From an uncultured Bacteriovoracaceae bacterium (GTDB lineage Bacteria; Bdellovibrionota; UBA2394): a stretch of 64,000 bases of DNA. The notes under the pieces are model-generated. The model was given only the letters and a program-made list of their open reading frames with translations, ran no database searches and had not been told where the DNA came from. The first letter of the stretch is position 1. Every line of letters starts with the position of its first letter. Below, one piece after another: positions 60,357 to 64,000 of this stretch. Where the stretch lies: contig CAZRCG010000001.1 in NCBI GenBank assembly GCA_964598565.1, forward strand, positions 276,905-340,904, written 5' to 3'. The translations under genes and the position numbers were made by a program.

Positions 60357-60568
60357 GACAAAAGCCTATATGAAATCACTGAGGACTGTCCTCTGCAAAT
60401 ACGCTTGACAAGACATTGGCGCCACTAACTATCTTCATACCAACCCTGCACAGAATTTCTCGTAACTCATGACTCGAGTATTCAGGTGACTCGAGTATTC
60501 AGGTCAGCATGGAATCGATCGAAGTGCTTTGTTTTCATGAGTTGAATCGAATATTTGGGCTTCAATGC

Positions 60569-60817
60569 CTAGCTAAACTTAATCAACGTCTTTTGAGGCA
60601 TCGTCGTGCTTGATTTGCATTCCACTAAAAGCCATGGCTTAGAATTCCTCAACACCAAAAAATCGACCTCTTCTTTCTCCTTTGTTCTTACAAATCGAAG
60701 ATCAAAGACTCCCTGGGCCGTATCCGTCCAAAAATCACAAGCCTTCAGCAGGCCTTCACTCCAGCTACAGAACTCAGTGCTCCATCGCGGGGGGTTCATC
60801 CTCGGCCAGATTCTCAA
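60569..60817 (-). pseudogene. possible C-terminal fragment of a DUF4143 (PD-(D/E)xK-like) domain from an AAA-ATPase family gene
   Basis: The 82-aa ORF ends …EEVDFLVLRNSKPWLLVECKSS…, resembling the DUF4143 C-terminal EVDFV…(I/L)E(V/C)K motif. It lacks the ATPase part and overlaps the dnaB 3' end. Low confidence. Confidence 0.25.
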
Positions 60818-62144
60818 ACCGAGTATACTCCTTCAAGAATGCCAACTTCACATGACCGGTGGGTCCGTTTCGATGTTTCGCCACGATAATTTCTGCGATG
60901 CCGGGCATATCGGTATCGGGTCGGTAAACTTCATCCCGATAAAGAAACATGATGATATCCGCGTCTTGCTCAATAGACCCTGACTCACGCAAATCCGACA
61001 AAACAGGCCGCTTGTCTTGCCTCGACTCTAACGATCGATTGAGCTGAGACAGCGCGAGAACCGGTATATTAAGTTCTTTGGCAAGGGCTTTGAGACTCAT
61101 CGAGATCTCTGCAATTTCACGCTCTCGACTTTCGATGCGTCCCTTCACTCTCATCAATTGCAAGTAATCGACAATCACACATCCGAGCCCGTGCGAGCGA
61201 GCAAGGCGACGGCATTTCGCTCTCAAATCAAAAGGAGACAACCCGGGCGTGTCATCGATAAATATAGGGGCTTCCGAAAGCAAGCTCGCTGCGTGGGTAA
61301 GCCGCGGCCAATCATCATCGTTGAGAAATCCGCCGCGCAAACGTCCGCTGTCGACACGCGATTCCATACACAACATTCTTTGCACCAGCTGCTCCTTCGA
61401 CATTTCGAGTGAAAAAACGGCCGTGGGACATTGCTCTCTCGAAGCCATATGGGACGCCATATTTAAAACGAAAGCGGTCTTTCCTACCGAAGGTCTCGCC
61501 GCCAAGATAACGAGATCCGATTTTTGCAAACCCGATAGCAAACGATCTAAGCCAAAAAATCCTGTGGGAACTCCGGTGATCGCAGACTTAGTTTCAAAGC
61601 GTTCCTGAATTCTCTTGAAAGCGTCCATCACCATTTCACGAATAGGTATGACCGTTTCGCTCGAGCCTTTGTGCGCTATATCAAAAACGTTCTTTTCGAC
61701 TCGATCTAAAATGACCGGCAATTCCTCGCCACCCTGGAAGGCCTCTTCCACCATTTTGGTGCCGACTTGAATCAGCTCTCTAAGAATGGCCTTGTCGCGG
61801 ACCATTTTTGCGTAGCTCGCGACATTAGCGGACGTTGTAACGGCATCAGAGAGCTGGCCTAAATAAGAATTGCCCCCCACGCTTTCTAAGAGATTCTGGG
61901 CACGCAAAAAATCAGACACCATCAATAGATCGGCGGGCGTTCCACGACGTGACAGTTCGGCAATGGCGCTAAAAACTGTTTGGTGGGCTGGCAGATAAAA
62001 ATCTTTGGCTTCGACGGCTTCGCGCACACGATCGACCGCTTCGCCATCGATCAACATGGCTCCCAAAACGAGACGCTCGGCCTCCGTATTCTGAGGCGGC
62101 AAGCGTCTTAAAGGGCGCTCATGAGAGGCTTGAGTTCCCTCCAC
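60774..62144 (-). CDS. dnaB: replicative DNA helicase
   Basis: 456 aa with the DnaB N-terminal domain (…ERLVLGAMLID…) and the RecA-like C-terminal domain carrying Walker A (ARPSVGKT), Walker B and the arginine finger. Confidence 0.92.
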   Translation of the reverse strand: MEGTQASHERPLRRLPPQNTEAERLVLGAMLIDGEAVDRVREAVEAKDFYLPAHQTVFSAIAELSRRGTPADLLMVSDFLRAQNLLESVGGNSYLGQLSDAVTTSANVASYAKMVRDKAILRELIQVGTKMVEEAFQGGEELPVILDRVEKNVFDIAHKGSSETVIPIREMVMDAFKRIQERFETKSAITGVPTGFFGLDRLLSGLQKSDLVILAARPSVGKTAFVLNMASHMASREQCPTAVFSLEMSKEQLVQRMLCMESRVDSGRLRGGFLNDDDWPRLTHAASLLSEAPIFIDDTPGLSPFDLRAKCRRLARSHGLGCVIVDYLQLMRVKGRIESREREIAEISMSLKALAKELNIPVLALSQLNRSLESRQDKRPVLSDLRESGSIEQDADIIMFLYRDEVYRPDTDMPGIAEIIVAKHRNGPTGHVKLAFLKEYTRFENLAEDEPPAMEH

Positions 62145-62160
62145 AAATAAATTCTTTCAA

Positions 62161-62745
62161 CTATTCCGAAGCCGTGTCTTCAGATTCAGACGACTCTTCG
62201 GTTATTTCAGCTGATGTCTCCGATTTGGCTTTGCGAGGCTTCGCAACTTTCTTGGTCTTGCCTTTGGCTCCCTTGGCCTTGCCTTCCTCCCCCGCACCTG
62301 CTTCTGCCTCAGCCTCAAGACTTACGCTGACCAGCAAAATAATATCTCCAGGCAATCGAACTTTGAGCTCAAATGCACCTGCTTCTTTAGGAGAATCAAA
62401 TTCTAAATCTCTCTTGTCGACGACAAGCCCCACCTTCGAAAGTTCGGTTACTAGGTCTGTCGATGTCACGGCGCCGTACATCTTTCCAGATTCATTGAAA
62501 CGTCGCACCAGGCTCAAGGTGATCCCCTTTTTAGAATCAGCCAATGCTTGTGATTCTTTTTGGATCTTCTTTTTTTGCACCGCCACGAGACGTTTATGAT
62601 GCTCAAGCTCAGCCTTATTAGACCGACTGGCAATTGTCGCCATAGAACGGGGAATTAAAAAATTACGCGCATAGCCCTCACGCACTCTCACCACTTCGCC
62701 AATGCGTCCCAACGAAGGAATATCTTTTCTTAAAATAACTTCCAT
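62161..62745 (-). CDS. rplI: 50S ribosomal protein L9 with ~45-aa charged C-terminal extension
   Basis: The N-terminus MEVILRKDIPSLGRIGEVVRVREGYARNFLIP matches L9. The tail is Ala/Glu/Lys-rich (EAEAEAGAGEEGKAKGAKGKTKK…SESEDTASE). It sits adjacent to dnaB, as in many bacteria. Confidence 0.88.
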   Translation of the reverse strand: MEVILRKDIPSLGRIGEVVRVREGYARNFLIPRSMATIASRSNKAELEHHKRLVAVQKKKIQKESQALADSKKGITLSLVRRFNESGKMYGAVTSTDLVTELSKVGLVVDKRDLEFDSPKEAGAFELKVRLPGDIILLVSVSLEAEAEAGAGEEGKAKGAKGKTKKVAKPRKAKSETSAEITEESSESEDTASE

Positions 62746-62755
62746 AACACACCTC

Positions 62756-63709
62756 TCACTTTATTCGATCGACCTTGAGCTTAGACCGAAAATCAAACCA
62801 AAGATCACAAAAGCCCGCAAGCAACAAAACCGGCAAAGGCTCCAACAACAAAAGAGCAAAGATCACTAAAAAAAGAAAGAGAGAAGCCCTAGGAATAAAG
62901 AAAGAGGCCACCGCCGCCCCCTGAACAAATATAGGAAAAAGAGCCAGCATCCCAATATGAAGGCCCAAAGTCAGCCAAACCTTCGAAGAAAAGACGCCTG
63001 GAGCGAGATAAGGCAGGGCGATCAGCCCTAAACCCAGAACCAAGGCGCCCAAAACCGCGTCGTGAGAGCGCCATCGGAGAAAATCCTCCCAAGTCTTGAG
63101 ACGCCGGCTTCGGGTCAGATTCTCCAAAACAGCGTTCACAAAGAAGGCCAAGGCAAACACAAACGAAAACCAAGCTAAAAAAGTTGTCTTTAAAAAAGGC
63201 AGCACCAAAGTCTCATACAAGTCTTTTGTAGCCGCGGAGGGCCACTCCCCCATTTCTTGGATAGGGGTTAGCGAGGAGGCCTGGATCTGTTGGGTTGACC
63301 ACTCTTGAAAGCTAAGATCTTGGCCATTCAGAAGAAAGAGCCCCAGCACACAAACAAACGGCAGCACAAGCGGTATATAGACGAGGTGCGAAAACCGCAG
63401 CTCTTTACGCATGCAGAAATACAGATAAAATCCAAAGCCATACGACAGTGTCATCATCAAAAAATCGAGAGGCTGGAGAGAAGCCGATAACAATACCATT
63501 TGCGCGGCGAAGAATCCCACACACAATAAAATTCCTCTTAGGGAGGCGCGATCGCAGAGTATCGCCACGGCGGCAGGCACAAAGAAAAAAAGTGGGCTAA
63601 TGCGCACCTGCAAAATCATCACAAGAAATGCGACTACCGCGATTAAATCTATTTTCAGGTGAAAACGCAAACAATCACCTCCGTGGGAGAGTCGTTTTAG
63701 CCCCGACAA
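62756..63709 (-). CDS. polytopic membrane protein (possibly YybS/DUF2232-like)
   Basis: 317 aa with 8 or more TM helices. Its position immediately upstream of rplI-dnaB mirrors yybS in Firmicutes. The family assignment is inference only. Confidence 0.5.
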   Translation of the reverse strand: MSGLKRLSHGGDCLRFHLKIDLIAVVAFLVMILQVRISPLFFFVPAAVAILCDRASLRGILLCVGFFAAQMVLLSASLQPLDFLMMTLSYGFGFYLYFCMRKELRFSHLVYIPLVLPFVCVLGLFLLNGQDLSFQEWSTQQIQASSLTPIQEMGEWPSAATKDLYETLVLPFLKTTFLAWFSFVFALAFFVNAVLENLTRSRRLKTWEDFLRWRSHDAVLGALVLGLGLIALPYLAPGVFSSKVWLTLGLHIGMLALFPIFVQGAAVASFFIPRASLFLFLVIFALLLLEPLPVLLLAGFCDLWFDFRSKLKVDRIK

Positions 63710-63782
63710 AGCTTTATAGTCGTTAGACCTTAGTGCCCGTAGACACTAAATTTTTTCAAGTGGCCCTAGCTAAAATAGAAAT

Positions 63783-64000
63783 TCATCCATTAAAGGATGC
63801 ATCCATGGAGAACTCATCATCATCCCCTCTTAACGAAGGAGCCGATGAAGGCTCTCGTGGAGCGCGCTCCACGAGTCCTTGAATATCAGTAGCCGATAAG
63901 GGAGCACTCAAGACCACCGTCAGATAGCGTAATACCAAGGTATCGATCTTAAGAATTCTTTCGAGCGCCAAAACAGAGTCGCGCTGAGCCACAAATCGAA
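63783..64000 (-). CDS. partial CDS (C-terminal fragment; gene continues beyond window end)
   Basis: The open frame runs off the window edge. The C-terminus …SLRGDDDEFSMDASFNG is not ribosomal protein S18. The product is unknown. Confidence 0.3.
   Translation of the reverse strand, partial: RFVAQRDSVLALERILKIDTLVLRYLTVVLSAPLSATDIQGLVERAPREPSSAPSLRGDDDEFSMDASFNG

Noticed and set aside
62174-62599. 141-aa plus-strand ORF antisense to rplI
   Set aside because: It is a shadow ORF opposite a well-supported ribosomal protein gene.
1-64000. Search for CRISPR arrays, rRNA/tRNA genes and prophage integrase or att sites
   Set aside because: No regularly spaced direct repeats were seen by eye. No 16S/23S/5S-like conserved blocks or cloverleaf-like tRNA sequences were found, nor any integrase or recombinase ORF. 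tRNA detection by eye is unreliable, so tRNAscan or Infernal would be needed to exclude small RNAs definitively.

Overview
This 64 kb window looks like chromosomal DNA of roughly 50% GC, densely coding on both strands. Gene content suggests a Bdellovibrio-like (Bdellovibrionota) genome. The hints are a ~270-aa short flagellin, a TIGR02147-family HTH paralog, a DUF4388 domain, RNase J, many secreted or outer-membrane hypotheticals, and a murein-remodelling set (mltD, ampG, dacB-like, mrcA). This assignment is inference only. Most genes are housekeeping: hemF, fusA, rimK, class I FBA, rpsD, rsmE, rnj, asd, metH, pepP, rph, tatAC, mrcA, plsY, dnaB, rplI. Accessory-looking content has six parts. 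(1) A 266-bp composite palindromic repeat element at 2385-2650 has a second, inverted copy at 59551-59727, and both sit in convergent 3' intergenic regions. (2) A degraded ISAs1-family transposase remnant lies next to a stand-alone EVE-domain gene. (3) A hypothetical-rich islet at 25.8-34.3 kb holds a DUF2779 dual-nuclease protein, a TIGR02147 HTH protein translationally coupled to a secreted 513-aa protein, and two tandem secreted repeat proteins. (4) An apparent in-frame read-through joins a methylmalonyl-CoA-mutase catalytic domain to a complete PBP4/DacB-like gene. (5) An operon of three translationally coupled FHA-domain genes (five FHA domains, the last fused to DUF4388) lies divergent from mrcA, with a perfect palindrome in the shared promoter. 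(6) A GT39/PMT-like membrane glycosyltransferase is overlapped by an upstream Cys-rich secreted-protein gene. No rRNA, tRNA or CRISPR arrays were recognised by eye. Start codons are approximate in several places, because the ORF track uses the first ATG/GTG/TTG.
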